From a virus: 64,000 nt of DNA. A program made the position numbers and the translations under genes. The DNA is taken from the IMG/VR virus record IMGVR_UViG_3300033182_000991, positions 48,920 to 112,919 of that record; one strand, given 5' to 3'. Of this stretch, positions 10,928 through 20,975 are shown one piece after another (position 1 is the first letter of the stretch; each line of letters begins with the position of its first letter). The notes beneath the pieces are model-generated. The model had not been told where the DNA came from and ran no database searches. It saw only the letters and a list, made by a program, of their open reading frames with translations.

Positions 10928-11335
10928 ATGAATAAATACGGAGGAGTAATTGTAAGGTGTAACAATAAGGTATTGTTATGTAAAAGAAATGCTGAAGGCT
11001 CATTACCTGGTCATTGGTCGTGTCCGGCTGGTAGTGTTGAAGAAGGTGAAGAACCATTGAAAGGTGCGATGAGAGAGTTTTTTGAAGAAACTAACATCAA
11101 ACTATTGAAAACGCCACAGTTTTGTGGTATAATTAAGAGAACCAATAGAGACGGTAGTGAGATTAAAGGTGAAATGTATTGTTACCTTTATGATTGTGAA
11201 GAAGAAGTATATCCTGATTTAGATAAAGCTAAGGACGGTGATGAACATACAGAATGTGGTTACTTCGGAAAAGACGAGTTACCTTCTCCAATGACGGAAC
11301 AATTTAATAAATTACTAAATATAATCTTAAAATGA
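10928..11335 (+). CDS. NUDIX hydrolase
   Basis: Nudix box G.VEEGE....AMREFFEET. Confidence 0.92.
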   Translation: MNKYGGVIVRCNNKVLLCKRNAEGSLPGHWSCPAGSVEEGEEPLKGAMREFFEETNIKLLKTPQFCGIIKRTNRDGSEIKGEMYCYLYDCEEEVYPDLDKAKDGDEHTECGYFGKDELPSPMTEQFNKLLNIILK

Positions 11336-11547
11336 GTTTAATGTATCAAGCCCTCGTAGCAAAATACGAAGCAGACCTTTTAGAAGCAAAGGCAACCTTA
11401 GAAGTTTACCTAAACAATTCAGTTGGTATTGGTGAACACCCTCAACACTTGGAAGAAATGGACAAGATGGTCGGGAGAATGGAATCTGCAAGTGGAAAAT
11501 TAAAAGCGCTTAAATCTAATTTCAATGAAAAGGGTATGGCAATCTAA
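11332..11547 (+). CDS. conserved phage protein (GIGEHP motif)
   Basis: VYLNNSVGIGEHP. Confidence 0.75.
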   Translation: MSLMYQALVAKYEADLLEAKATLEVYLNNSVGIGEHPQHLEEMDKMVGRMESASGKLKALKSNFNEKGMAI

Positions 11548-11636
11548 CGAGCCACTAAGGAAACATTCAGGGTATTTCAAACTATCTTATAACCCAATGG
11601 GTTACATCATAAAGGAAATGACCAAAAAAATTAAGA

Positions 11637-11663
11637 AAACTGCTTGACCGAGCAGTTTTTTTT
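11637..11663 (+). terminator. intrinsic terminator
   Basis: aaaactgct-tgaccg-agcagtttttttt. Confidence 0.7.
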
Positions 11664-11746
11664 ATTATCTTCATATAACTTTTGACAGATAAGGGAATAT
11701 TTATACTTTACCCTACTGATTTAATCAGAAAAATTTGTTAAAATAA

Positions 11747-11795
11747 TTTGACACTTCCAAAAATATGTTTTAGATTTGTCAAAGTTCTTTGAAAT
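11747..11795 (+). promoter_or_regulatory. Bacteroidota sigma70-type promoter followed by boxA-like element
   Basis: TTTG (-33) at ~11747, TAGATTTG (-7) at 11771-11778, GTTCTTTGAAAT at 11784-11795. Confidence 0.7.
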
Positions 11796-11797
11796 AT

Positions 11798-12611
11798 TGG
11801 TCATGTTTATGGACCGACTTTTGTATTATCTCTTCGGAGATTATCCTTTCCAAAGGAGTTGGACATAGACAGACACGGCGGTTTAGCGTCGTTAGATAAC
11901 CCCTGTGAGGGGACTAAAGGGATTGAAGCGGGATTAGTACACCGTGGATATTCGCAGTCGTGAGGCTGACAACTAAACAAAGTGGCTACGGCTGATTCCC
12001 CGAGGGCAACTGCTGGGGGGAAGAGGTTACTCTGAGTCCGTGGAATATCAGAGTTGAGATGGTGACATCAACAGGAAAAGCTACAGGTGACGGTTCGACA
12101 CACTCTGCAAGGTGTCGTAGGGCTGGGTACCAGTCTGATGGGTTTCCGAGACGTTAAAGTCTACGAAGTCCTGACTGACCGTAAGTTTGCAGACTTACAG
12201 AGAGGTGTGAAGCATTCTGTTCTCCAAAGGAACGGACCTTCTCCCGAAGCACATCTTTCCTTCTTCCACAATGCTAATTTAATTAATCAATTAAATACGA
12301 GCAAGAGTCTTCGGGCGTTGACAACGAAAGGTGTCTAAAACTCCGAGTGTAAACTAACGGAGTCATTGATAGACCGCAAGTCTTTCAATGTCAATTACAA
12401 AAGACCTGTTGGGACGGCCATCCCTTCATGAACTCGCAAGGTTCAACAGAGTTAAGTAGTAGTTGAGTAGTTGTTAACGAATACGAGTGGTTAACGTAAG
12501 TAACCGACACTGACTTGATACGATAGGCAACTATTGTGGACAATGTGAGCAACCGACTATTAGGGTACACTCACGAAAGACAGGTCACATAAACGTGTAG
12601 TCTCAGCGTTC
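11798..12611 (+). ncRNA. large ornate structured RNA (GOLLD/ROOL class)
   Basis: GC-enriched ~810 nt without a credible ORF. GNRA/UUCG hairpins: atctc-ttcg-gagat, cccct-gtga-gggg, cagtc-gtga-ggctg, gacc-gcaa-gtc, gaactc-gcaa-ggttc, atag-gcaa-ctat. Long-range gacctgt/acaggtc pairing. Own promoter and terminator. Confidence 0.8.
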
Positions 12612-12632
12612 TATACCTCATATACCTTCCTT

Positions 12633-12664
12633 GACCTCGGTGCTAACCCACCGAGGTTTTTTTT
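12633..12664 (+). terminator. terminator of the large RNA
   Basis: acctcggtg-ctaacc-caccgaggt followed by a T-tract. Confidence 0.85.
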
Positions 12665-12713
12665 ATGCTCTTAGTTGTTTGATAAGAAAATATTTCTTAT
12701 CTTTGTATAACAA

Positions 12714-13001
12714 ATGAAGACAACTATGGTATTAGAAAGAAACATCAAAATCATCCACCCACAATTCGGAGAACTATTGAACGACTTCTACAATGACGAG
12801 GTTCAGTTTAAGTTGTTCCTTCAGATGGTTCACTCTTGTGTGGAGTTGAAGCAGGACCTATCGTTCTTCAACGGTCGTGATTTCTACGTTCATGTTCCTT
12901 ACGAACTTCTTCGTCAATCCATCATCTTGGGTAATACTAAACCTCAGGAGGAATTGACTTTGGGTCAGTATGCTGTCCGTAAATCTAAGATGGAGGAGTA
13001 A
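12714..13001 (+). CDS. hypothetical protein (early promoter)
   Basis: TATCTTTG promoter element at ~12698 directly upstream. Confidence 0.75.
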   Translation: MKTTMVLERNIKIIHPQFGELLNDFYNDEVQFKLFLQMVHSCVELKQDLSFFNGRDFYVHVPYELLRQSIILGNTKPQEELTLGQYAVRKSKMEE

Positions 13002-13169
13002 GTTATGGAGAAGTCGGTCATTGAACAAGCTATAGATATCTTTGAGGTCCACTCAAATGTATACCGTGATAAAAAAAATGAATCACCTGAAATGGAGTTT
13101 TATTATAGAGGCAAAGCGGAAGCTTACGAACAGGCTATTCAGGTTCTAAAATCGTTATCTTCATAAGTT

Positions 13170-13364
13170 ATGTATAAGGTCGGTGGTAGTGTTGTGATTC
13201 CTGAGACAAAGGAAATCAAGGAAATTAAAGAGATTGAGAGGTTCGAAGATGACGTTGTTATTTACACTACCGATGGAATGGCTTATGGTATTAGGGAATG
13301 TAGAACAGTGGATGACGCATTCAATGAAGAAATAGAAAAACTATTAGGTAAATGGAAAGTCTAA
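13170..13364 (+). CDS. hypothetical protein
   Basis: 64-aa ORF in operon. Confidence 0.6.
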   Translation: MYKVGGSVVIPETKEIKEIKEIERFEDDVVIYTTDGMAYGIRECRTVDDAFNEEIEKLLGKWKV

Positions 13365-13518
13365 AATTACAATGGTAAACTTGATTTAATAGTTGAATAG
13401 GTTTATCATTTATTTCCCGAAAGGGTGGTGGAGTAGCCGACCTCACGTATAGCCGTGTCGGCCCCAAAGGTGGAGAGTTTTTTTCTCCACCTTTTTTATT
13501 TCCATGATATTTATGAGT

Positions 13519-14130
13519 ATGAATTTTATAAAAATACTTTCTGACGTTATTAGTGAACAGCCAAGACCGAGACAAGGTGCGTCACCAATCGGTGGGGGTG
13601 TTACGTCAAGTGGTGGTGCCGGTGTAAACGCAGGTGCAAACGCTGCCCAATCAAATAGTTCATCAAGTGGTTGGTCAAGAGTTTCTTCACATAGTTGGAA
13701 AAGTGGTAGTAAAATAGATTCACCATTGAAAAATCCTGGCAAATGTAAAAACTACGGTCAGTACAGAGGTTCAGGGCGTGGGTATCATAATGCTTGTGAT
13801 ATTTCAGTAAATGTTGGAACTGCAGTATTTGCACCTCATGATGGTACTTTCACTGAAGTGGATAACAGTGTATGTGGTAATGGTATTATTATCAAAGGTC
13901 AAGATGAAAATGGTAAGGAATTACATTCAGGATTCTGTCACCTTAGAGGTCGTGAAGTGCCTTCTGACGGTAAGGTAAAAAAAGGTGACCTAATTGGGTT
14001 TACTGGTGGTGGTTATGTACATGGTTCACAAACAGAAAAAGAGCCAGGTGCGGGTAGAAGTTCAGGACCTCACTTACATTGGACTTTCAAAGTAGGGGGA
14101 CAACCAACAAATCCGTATACCTATAATTAA
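13519..14130 (+). CDS. M23 family peptidase with low-complexity N-terminal leader
   Basis: H-N-A-C-D (HxxxD), GFCHL, VKKGDLIG..G, SSGPHLHW; leader ..VISEQ. Confidence 0.9.
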   Translation: MNFIKILSDVISEQPRPRQGASPIGGGVTSSGGAGVNAGANAAQSNSSSSGWSRVSSHSWKSGSKIDSPLKNPGKCKNYGQYRGSGRGYHNACDISVNVGTAVFAPHDGTFTEVDNSVCGNGIIIKGQDENGKELHSGFCHLRGREVPSDGKVKKGDLIGFTGGGYVHGSQTEKEPGAGRSSGPHLHWTFKVGGQPTNPYTYN

Positions 14131-14173
14131 TTTTATTGGAAACATAATATATTTATAAATAAAGATAAAAAGT

Positions 14174-14473
14174 ATGGCAAACATTATTCTAACAGAAGCA
14201 CAATTGGAGAGGTTGAAGGCTTCCTTGACTGAAGGAAAATATGATGGGTCGTACATGGCGAAACAACAACTCTTTACCATCGCCACCTTAGCATATAAGA
14301 TGTGGGAGATGATGGAAGATGGTGAACAATTGGAAGATTGGATGGAGAGTAAGTTGGCTCAAGCAGAACAAGGCGTAGTTGCCGTAGTGAAAGCGTACAT
14401 GTATGATGAGGTCGAGGAAGAATTAACAGGTATGAGTAAATTAGACTATTCCGATTTAGTCATCGGAAAATAG
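14174..14473 (+). CDS. late protein with LTE leader
   Basis: MANIILTEAQLERL, MAKQQL, LEDWMESKL; TATTTATA upstream. Confidence 0.75.
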   Translation: MANIILTEAQLERLKASLTEGKYDGSYMAKQQLFTIATLAYKMWEMMEDGEQLEDWMESKLAQAEQGVVAVVKAYMYDEVEEELTGMSKLDYSDLVIGK

Positions 14474-14565
14474 GTGAAAAAATAATTGATTATTAAGACC
14501 CCTTTGTTATAATAGACGAAGGGGTTTTTTAATGCCCGATTAACAATAACAATAACAAAAATATT

Positions 14566-14775
14566 ATGCAAAACTATCTAAAGTTTAACACAAAAAAACA
14601 CAAATTGTCTGTCATCTATGAAGATGGTACAGTCGGAGTTTCTGACCTTGAGAATGTGACAACAATCAGAGAAGGTGAAGGTTTCTATGAGGTTCTTCAA
14701 AGACAAGAGAATGGTAAGAACGCACCAATCTACAGATTTCCAATCCATAACACAGTGATTAGATATTTCCACTAA
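14566..14775 (+). CDS. hypothetical protein
   Basis: Stop overlaps the thyA start. Confidence 0.7.
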   Translation: MQNYLKFNTKKHKLSVIYEDGTVGVSDLENVTTIREGEGFYEVLQRQENGKNAPIYRFPIHNTVIRYFH

Positions 14776-15719
14776 TGAACCAATTAGATATTGACTATCA
14801 GGATTTATTAAAAGACATCATGACTAATGGTGTTGAGAAGCGTGACCGAACAGGTACTGGTACGGTTTCGGTCTTTGGTCGTCAGATAAGACACGATATG
14901 AGTAAAGGGTTTCCATTGTTGACTACTAAGAAGATGGCGATTAAGACCATGATGACGGAATTAAAGTGGTTCCTCAAAGGAGATACCAACATCAAGTATT
15001 TGGTGGAGAACGGGTGTAACATTTGGAATGGTGATGCATATAAGAGATATAAGGAAGATAAGGGAACCTTGGCTATGGGTCCTGAATCCTTCATCCAAAG
15101 GATTAAAAGTAGTGACAGGTTTGCTGAGAAGTGGGGAGACTTAGGTCCTATTTACGGACATCAATGGAGACAATGGACTGTGGAAGAAGACACTTCATAT
15201 GGTGGTAAATACGTTTGGATTGACCAAATCCAACATCTTATTCGACAGTTAAAAGAGAATCCAGATTCTCGCAGGTTAATGGTTTCAGCGTGGAATGTAG
15301 GTGAATTACATGAAATGGTTCTACCACCTTGTCACTATGGATTCCAAGTGTATACAAGAAAGACTACACGAGAAGAAAAGATTACTAATCCAGGTAAGTA
15401 TCGTGCTATCTCCCTAATGTGGAATCAGAGAAGTGTTGATACATTCTTAGGGTTACCATTTAATATTGCTTCATACGCAACATTACTTCTTTTATTATGT
15501 GAAGAAGTGGGTATGGTTCCTGGTGAGTTGGTTGGTAACTTAGGTGATACTCACTTATATAGTAATCACATTGAACAAGCGAACATACAATGTGGAAGAC
15601 AATCGTATAACCTACCAATGATTAAGTTGAGTAATGTGGATATTCTAAATGGTGAGTTTGATTATGAAATCATTGGGTACGAAAGTCATCCATCCATCAA
15701 AGCACCGTTAAGTAATTAA
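14775..15719 (+). CDS. thyA: thymidylate synthase
   Basis: DRTGTG, FPLLTTKK, ELKWFL.G, LGPIYG.QWR, SRR, LPPCH, QRSVD.FLGLPFN, HLY.NH. Confidence 0.98.
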   Translation: MNQLDIDYQDLLKDIMTNGVEKRDRTGTGTVSVFGRQIRHDMSKGFPLLTTKKMAIKTMMTELKWFLKGDTNIKYLVENGCNIWNGDAYKRYKEDKGTLAMGPESFIQRIKSSDRFAEKWGDLGPIYGHQWRQWTVEEDTSYGGKYVWIDQIQHLIRQLKENPDSRRLMVSAWNVGELHEMVLPPCHYGFQVYTRKTTREEKITNPGKYRAISLMWNQRSVDTFLGLPFNIASYATLLLLLCEEVGMVPGELVGNLGDTHLYSNHIEQANIQCGRQSYNLPMIKLSNVDILNGEFDYEIIGYESHPSIKAPLSN

Positions 15720-15720
15720 A

Positions 15721-15960
15721 ATGGAGATAACTATCAATTCACACGAGTTCAATCCTGAAATCAGGGAGATGTACCACAATAAGATGTTTGAATCCATCTC
15801 TATTGATTACATGTATAATGCGGCGATGGGTTGGAGTGAAGGTGTTGAGTATGTGATTATAGACTTTGACAAATACTTCAGGTTGGACAATAGGTTCAAT
15901 ACCTATGAGTTGGAAACACATCCTTTTAAGATAGTTATTAATATAAAGGTAAATAGATGA
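15721..15960 (+). CDS. hypothetical protein
   Basis: ORF abutting thyA. Confidence 0.6.
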   Translation: MEITINSHEFNPEIREMYHNKMFESISIDYMYNAAMGWSEGVEYVIIDFDKYFRLDNRFNTYELETHPFKIVINIKVNR

Positions 15961-16337
15961 GGGATATAAAAGGAGGTTTGGTGGATTACATTCGTGAGAT
16001 GTATGAAATACAATACTCTCCTTTTCCCAATCGTCGTTTGGTCATCAAACACTGCAACGAGAATTTTAAGGATAAGGACATCACCGTTGTTCCTATTACT
16101 GTGGGTAAGGAGGTTAATGTAGATTTCCTTTGGGGAAAGTCTAAGAAGGTCACCGCGATAGATTTATACCGTAAAGACTTCAATGATATGCCAGGTAATG
16201 TGATGAAGATGTTCCGTCACAAAAGGAGTTTGGATTTCTACGATTTTTTGATTAATACTGATGAACCGATTAGTATTCCTTTAACTATGGTTCCTGAGGA
16301 GTTTCCCTTACTTTTTATTATTGAGGAAGGTGAATAA
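15957..16337 (+). CDS. hypothetical protein
   Basis: ATGA overlap with the upstream gene. Confidence 0.65.
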   Translation: MRDIKGGLVDYIREMYEIQYSPFPNRRLVIKHCNENFKDKDITVVPITVGKEVNVDFLWGKSKKVTAIDLYRKDFNDMPGNVMKMFRHKRSLDFYDFLINTDEPISIPLTMVPEEFPLLFIIEEGE

Positions 16338-17192
16338 GTTTTCTATAGTTTCAAAGTCAGATGACCCTGTTTCTTTATAGTGACCATAGCTTACTATGGG
16401 GTGACTTATTCCGTTAACAAGTATTTCCAATTGTGAATAGTAATCTTCATAGAGTCCTTCGTCCCATGAAACATGTTGACCTAAACAATTATAGAATTCA
16501 GGAATAATGGTTCCTGAATCAATTTGTTCTTGTATTGCAAAGGATGTTGAAGATAGTATGGAATTGATGACTTCTTTTTCACTGTCCCAATATTGTCCAC
16601 CATCTTCACCGCCATGGTTTACAAATTCTTTTATATCTTCAAGTGTTACTTTTACTGATTGACCATCTTTGTTGGTTAAAAGAATATAATCAGGGACAAC
16701 ATAGATATAAAAAATAAGATAAGCATCATTGGATTCTATGTCACTACTCATTATGGTATTGTTTACCAAAGTTACAGTATAGTCACCCATAGCTTCACTT
16801 ACATTTATAAATGCGGTTCTGAGTTTAGTTGGATTATTTTCTATGTATTCTATTGTTGAGTTAAAACAATCCAATACAGGTTGACTCACTTTTACATTGT
16901 ATGAATTACCTGTTAAGGTGTCTCCGTTATATTCTATTATGATATCAACATCAGAATAAACTTCCATAGTGATTGGTAAGTATCTTGAAGCATCTTTGAA
17001 GGACCTCCAAACCTTTTCGTTGATTAAATTTCTGCTTATAATAGGTACAACATTGTCGGGGTCAACAAGATTTGCGATGATACCCGTATCATCAGTTCGG
17101 TATTCTATTTTATAGTCTCCCTGTGATGAAAAAATGGCATTTAATAACTTAACGACAAGTTCTTTCCCTTTATTTAATTCTTCTGCAGTCAT
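16308..17192 (-). CDS. hypothetical late protein
   Basis: 294 aa; TATTTATA on the minus strand at ~17210. Confidence 0.75.
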   Translation of the reverse strand: MTAEELNKGKELVVKLLNAIFSSQGDYKIEYRTDDTGIIANLVDPDNVVPIISRNLINEKVWRSFKDASRYLPITMEVYSDVDIIIEYNGDTLTGNSYNVKVSQPVLDCFNSTIEYIENNPTKLRTAFINVSEAMGDYTVTLVNNTIMSSDIESNDAYLIFYIYVVPDYILLTNKDGQSVKVTLEDIKEFVNHGGEDGGQYWDSEKEVINSILSSTSFAIQEQIDSGTIIPEFYNCLGQHVSWDEGLYEDYYSQLEILVNGISHPIVSYGHYKETGSSDFETIENLFTFLNNKK

Positions 17193-17219
17193 ATAATTGA
17201 AGTATTAACTATAAATACT

Positions 17220-17522
17220 ATGAGTTCAATAAATAAGATAATCCCAAAGGTCTTTTCTACCCTTACTTATGAGTTTGGTAAGGAGAAGATTATCTATGAT
17301 ATTATCTTTGAAAGTGTGATGGGTTGGGACTTTGAGGGTTCTCCGAGATTGAGCACGGTGGTGAAGTTTGAAAGACAAACACCAAAGACAAAGGTGACGG
17401 TGGCTAATCGGGTTCTTAATGAACACCTGTGGAAAGAGATGAACGATAAGTGTCATTATCTCGGTGTAAATCATATTCATGTAAGTCTAAGTAAAGATAT
17501 CAGCAAGACTGAATGTATATAA
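17220..17522 (+). CDS. hypothetical protein
   Basis: 100-aa ORF. Confidence 0.6.
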   Translation: MSSINKIIPKVFSTLTYEFGKEKIIYDIIFESVMGWDFEGSPRLSTVVKFERQTPKTKVTVANRVLNEHLWKEMNDKCHYLGVNHIHVSLSKDISKTECI

Positions 17523-17546
17523 TAAAACTATGAAGTATTTATTGGT

Positions 17547-18317
17547 ATGGATATAGTTGACAAATACTTTGAGATTGCTGGTGATGTTATTGATGATAAG
17601 ATTATCAAGTATATGGGACTTAACAGAGACCAAGAACAAGAGGTTCAGAAAAGGTTATCTGATAAGTTGGGTAGAGAAGGTATTGACCAAGTCATGCAAG
17701 AAAAAGGTAAAGGTGTTATTGAATTCTCTTGTGGTGGTTATGACCTGAGGTTTGTTGTTACCTACTATGACATTGAAGTGGACCATCTCGGGTTCTATTA
17801 TCTTGAGGAGATTGATGTTGCCATCGACCCTAAATCCACGGTTGAATTATTTGATAATAATGTAACTTATAAGTTGGGTGACTTATATAATTATTCAGAT
17901 ATTGATGAGTTGAATGCCAATTACAATAGTGAAGAAGAGCCAATTACTGAAGATAATATTAACGAGATTGGTTATGAAGTTAGAAACTGTATCCAAGATT
18001 GGTATTATAGGGATGTGTATAACTTTACTGGTGCTGAATTTGGAGATGTTTACCCATCCAATGCATCTGTGGACCAATTAGTTGAACAATATGGATTGAA
18101 CGAACAACTAAAAGGGTATGATACCAAACCTTTCGCCTTACATGCCGACATCTTTGAAAAGTTATGGGATGGTTTTATGAATAACAATTTGTTAGTAACC
18201 TATCTATCGTTAAGAATGAAGATGCCAAAAAGACAGGAGTATGTAGATTACTTCTATGAGTTCATCATGGATAATGGGGAACATATCAAAAGAAAAGAAG
18301 AGAAAAGGAATCAATAA
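17547..18317 (+). CDS. hypothetical late protein
   Basis: 256 aa; GTATTTATT upstream. Confidence 0.75.
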   Translation: MDIVDKYFEIAGDVIDDKIIKYMGLNRDQEQEVQKRLSDKLGREGIDQVMQEKGKGVIEFSCGGYDLRFVVTYYDIEVDHLGFYYLEEIDVAIDPKSTVELFDNNVTYKLGDLYNYSDIDELNANYNSEEEPITEDNINEIGYEVRNCIQDWYYRDVYNFTGAEFGDVYPSNASVDQLVEQYGLNEQLKGYDTKPFALHADIFEKLWDGFMNNNLLVTYLSLRMKMPKRQEYVDYFYEFIMDNGEHIKRKEEKRNQ

Positions 18318-19615
18318 TTAATCCACCAGTCAATTTCGTTGTAATCTCTAAGCATTGTCAAGTGTTTGTATTTCCCAACAATATTCCAAACCGTATTTTC
18401 AAATACTCCAATATGTTCATTAGGAATATCGTGACCACCAGCCTCAATAGTTATTCCTGGGTAATCGTCTTCACGATAATAAACATTAATCCAAGTATCA
18501 TTTGCTTGTGCGGTGGTAAATACGTCACTCTTAATTAACTCTTCGTGTAGTTCTTTTGTTGCGTCGTGAGCTTCGTCATCAAGGAAGTCGTGATTAAAAT
18601 AGGATATACCGATGTATACTTGACGTTGTATTCCTAAATACTTTTCAACCGTCTCTATCACTTCTTCTAAATTATATATTACTTCAGAGTATTTTTCGTC
18701 GTAATTTTCGTGACTGTCGAGAATTCTACTTACATCAACATCTATATCCAGGCTGATATAATCTTTCTCACGATGTGGCATTCTGTAAATTTTATAAGAT
18801 ACATCTAATCCATTAAAGAACAGTGCTTCGAGTAACTTTTTGACTGACGAGAATATTACATATTCATTTTCATCGTCTACACTACCTGGTGTTGGTTCCA
18901 CTTTCTCCCAATCTTCATTGATACCGTCTTCCAAAGACATGGACCAAACCTCATCAGATTTTGATTCTTCGTAGTTTTGCTCAAAATCTAACTGTAGTTG
19001 TTCTAAATCCATATCAATGATACATTGACCTTGTGAACCTTCATTGATTTCCCATCCGCCGAAGTTGATACTTAACATTCTGTAGAACATATCTTCAGCA
19101 GGTTCATAGATTTTGGTAGGACCATCAAAGTCAGAGTTACCATTCTCTTCAATATAACCTGAGTCACCACCACCATAGAATTGGAATGTGATATTACCTC
19201 TACAGATTTCTTCTTTTTTACAATAGTGGTCAATGATTTCTTTTACTTCTGGCTCTTGTTCTGTATCTACGGTAACCGTAACCGTATCTTCAGTGTACAA
19301 TTCTGAATATTGTTCGTAAACTGAGATGGTTTTTGTATCAGGATAAAGTCTTACTTCAAAACCGTAAGGGTCATCACTGTTTACCATGTCAAACTCATTT
19401 TGGTGGTTATCAATTAATACCTCCAACTCTTGTGTGATATCTAATGGAAGACGGACTGTTCCTAATCTATAATTTGATGATATACATCCCCACTGACTAT
19501 TTTGGTCATGAAAGTTCATGGTGTAGTAGTCACCTTCCTTTTCGGCGTATCGACAACCATTCAGTTTCAGGTAATCAAAGATTAAGGATAATTTCTTTTT
19601 TAAGTCTGCGTCCAT
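18311..19615 (-). CDS. DUF6878-like domain protein with extra C-terminal domain
   Basis: FYGGGDSG ... GGWEINEGSQG motifs. Confidence 0.65.
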   Translation of the reverse strand: MDADLKKKLSLIFDYLKLNGCRYAEKEGDYYTMNFHDQNSQWGCISSNYRLGTVRLPLDITQELEVLIDNHQNEFDMVNSDDPYGFEVRLYPDTKTISVYEQYSELYTEDTVTVTVDTEQEPEVKEIIDHYCKKEEICRGNITFQFYGGGDSGYIEENGNSDFDGPTKIYEPAEDMFYRMLSINFGGWEINEGSQGQCIIDMDLEQLQLDFEQNYEESKSDEVWSMSLEDGINEDWEKVEPTPGSVDDENEYVIFSSVKKLLEALFFNGLDVSYKIYRMPHREKDYISLDIDVDVSRILDSHENYDEKYSEVIYNLEEVIETVEKYLGIQRQVYIGISYFNHDFLDDEAHDATKELHEELIKSDVFTTAQANDTWINVYYREDDYPGITIEAGGHDIPNEHIGVFENTVWNIVGKYKHLTMLRDYNEIDWWINY

Positions 19616-19627
19616 AGACTATAAATA

Positions 19628-19981
19628 TTAGTCTTCTATGTTTAATTTCATAGTTTTCATCATCCAAATGGGTTTTTTCTCTGATAGAATACCTTCAATC
19701 CATTCTTTTGCGGTTGGGACGTGGTTGTTGCAATCTTCTCTAACGTGTTGTTCTCCGATGTAACGAGTATAAACGGTTTTCCCGTCACTATTTTCAAAAG
19801 ACATGCCAAATACTTCCTCACACTCAAAGATACCCTCAGAGTGGTGTCTAAACATTCTGTGATAGATGTGTGCATACCAACCTTTTGTTTCGTCAAACCA
19901 TTGGTGTATGTGGATGTAATCATCGGGAGTTCCACCGAACTTCTGTGCTGATGATATTGAGTGTTGCCAAGGATGTGCCAT
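19628..19981 (-). CDS. DUF6915-like protein
   Basis: MAHPWQHS.SS..KFGG..DY..IH.WFDETK; HR..RHH.EG; IGEQHV.ED. Confidence 0.82.
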   Translation of the reverse strand: MAHPWQHSISSAQKFGGTPDDYIHIHQWFDETKGWYAHIYHRMFRHHSEGIFECEEVFGMSFENSDGKTVYTRYIGEQHVREDCNNHVPTAKEWIEGILSEKKPIWMMKTMKLNIED

Positions 19982-20152
19982 AAGTTTTATTTTAATAGTA
20001 GAAAGTTTGTTGTAAATGTGTATATTTGTTGTATTAACTAAACTACTTATAAATATGGATGACCAATTTGAAGACTTCGTAGACTTTTACGATAAGAATG
20101 TCTATTCTGAGCCTACGTTCTCTGAAGATTAAAGACAAAAAACAAAAAACAT

Positions 20153-20971
20153 ATGAGAAGATTATTACTCTTAGTGGTATGTGCATTTTTTACACACACC
20201 ACTTTTGCTCAAAGTGAGAGGGACCAAAAGATTCAAAAGGTAGAAGAGAAACGTTCTAATACCAACGTTAATACCAACTCTAATACCAACAACTATAACC
20301 AAGGATATCAAAATGGGTATAACCGTGGTTACAATGATGGTTCATGGAATAATAGATATAGGACCACCTACTATTATAATCCATATGATGTGGGTTACTA
20401 TCCTTATTGGAATACCAATCGTAGATGGGACAATCGTGATTATGTAATGACCACAGATAATGAGTTGGTCCGTAGTAATACTTCAAAGCCGATGAGAGTA
20501 TCTTTCGGTGTTTTGATGGAAAGAGATATGTTCCAAAGTCAGTTGTCTCCTTATTTCATTACGGGTGGTGAATCGTTTATGATTGTTCAATACCATATGA
20601 CCTTACCACTTATGTATCCATATTATGATAATATCACAACATGGGAAGTTCAGGATTGGGGTGATGAGTCTCGTGGTAATGTAGAAGTCAAAGGAGATTT
20701 CTCTGTTGGTGCGGGTAGGACCATAGATAGATTCTCACCATTTGTTACTGTGGGGATTACATCAAGGAAAAGATATGATGCCTATCACGATGAGTTATGG
20801 GTGTTGTCTTCGCCCAATCAAAATGGCATATACTTGATTAATGAGCAAAAAAGCGTTAATATGAGCATTCGTGGTGGGTTTTTATACCACTGGGAATATT
20901 TGGAAATAATTACACAAGCCCGTTACGATGGAAGATTAGGTATCGGTATGGGTTTGGGATTAAAACTATAA
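20153..20971 (+). CDS. secreted outer-membrane beta-barrel-like protein
   Basis: Signal peptide, N/Y-rich linker, alternating beta strands ending GIGMGLGLKL. Confidence 0.65.
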   Translation: MRRLLLLVVCAFFTHTTFAQSERDQKIQKVEEKRSNTNVNTNSNTNNYNQGYQNGYNRGYNDGSWNNRYRTTYYYNPYDVGYYPYWNTNRRWDNRDYVMTTDNELVRSNTSKPMRVSFGVLMERDMFQSQLSPYFITGGESFMIVQYHMTLPLMYPYYDNITTWEVQDWGDESRGNVEVKGDFSVGAGRTIDRFSPFVTVGITSRKRYDAYHDELWVLSSPNQNGIYLINEQKSVNMSIRGGFLYHWEYLEIITQARYDGRLGIGMGLGLKL

Positions 20972-20975
20972 CAAC

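Noticed and set aside
12087-12338. 83-aa ORF
   Set aside because: Lies inside the structured RNA, GTG start, no protein-like features.
20256-20350. aatacc/aac short repeats
   Set aside because: Simply encode an N/T/Y low-complexity linker.
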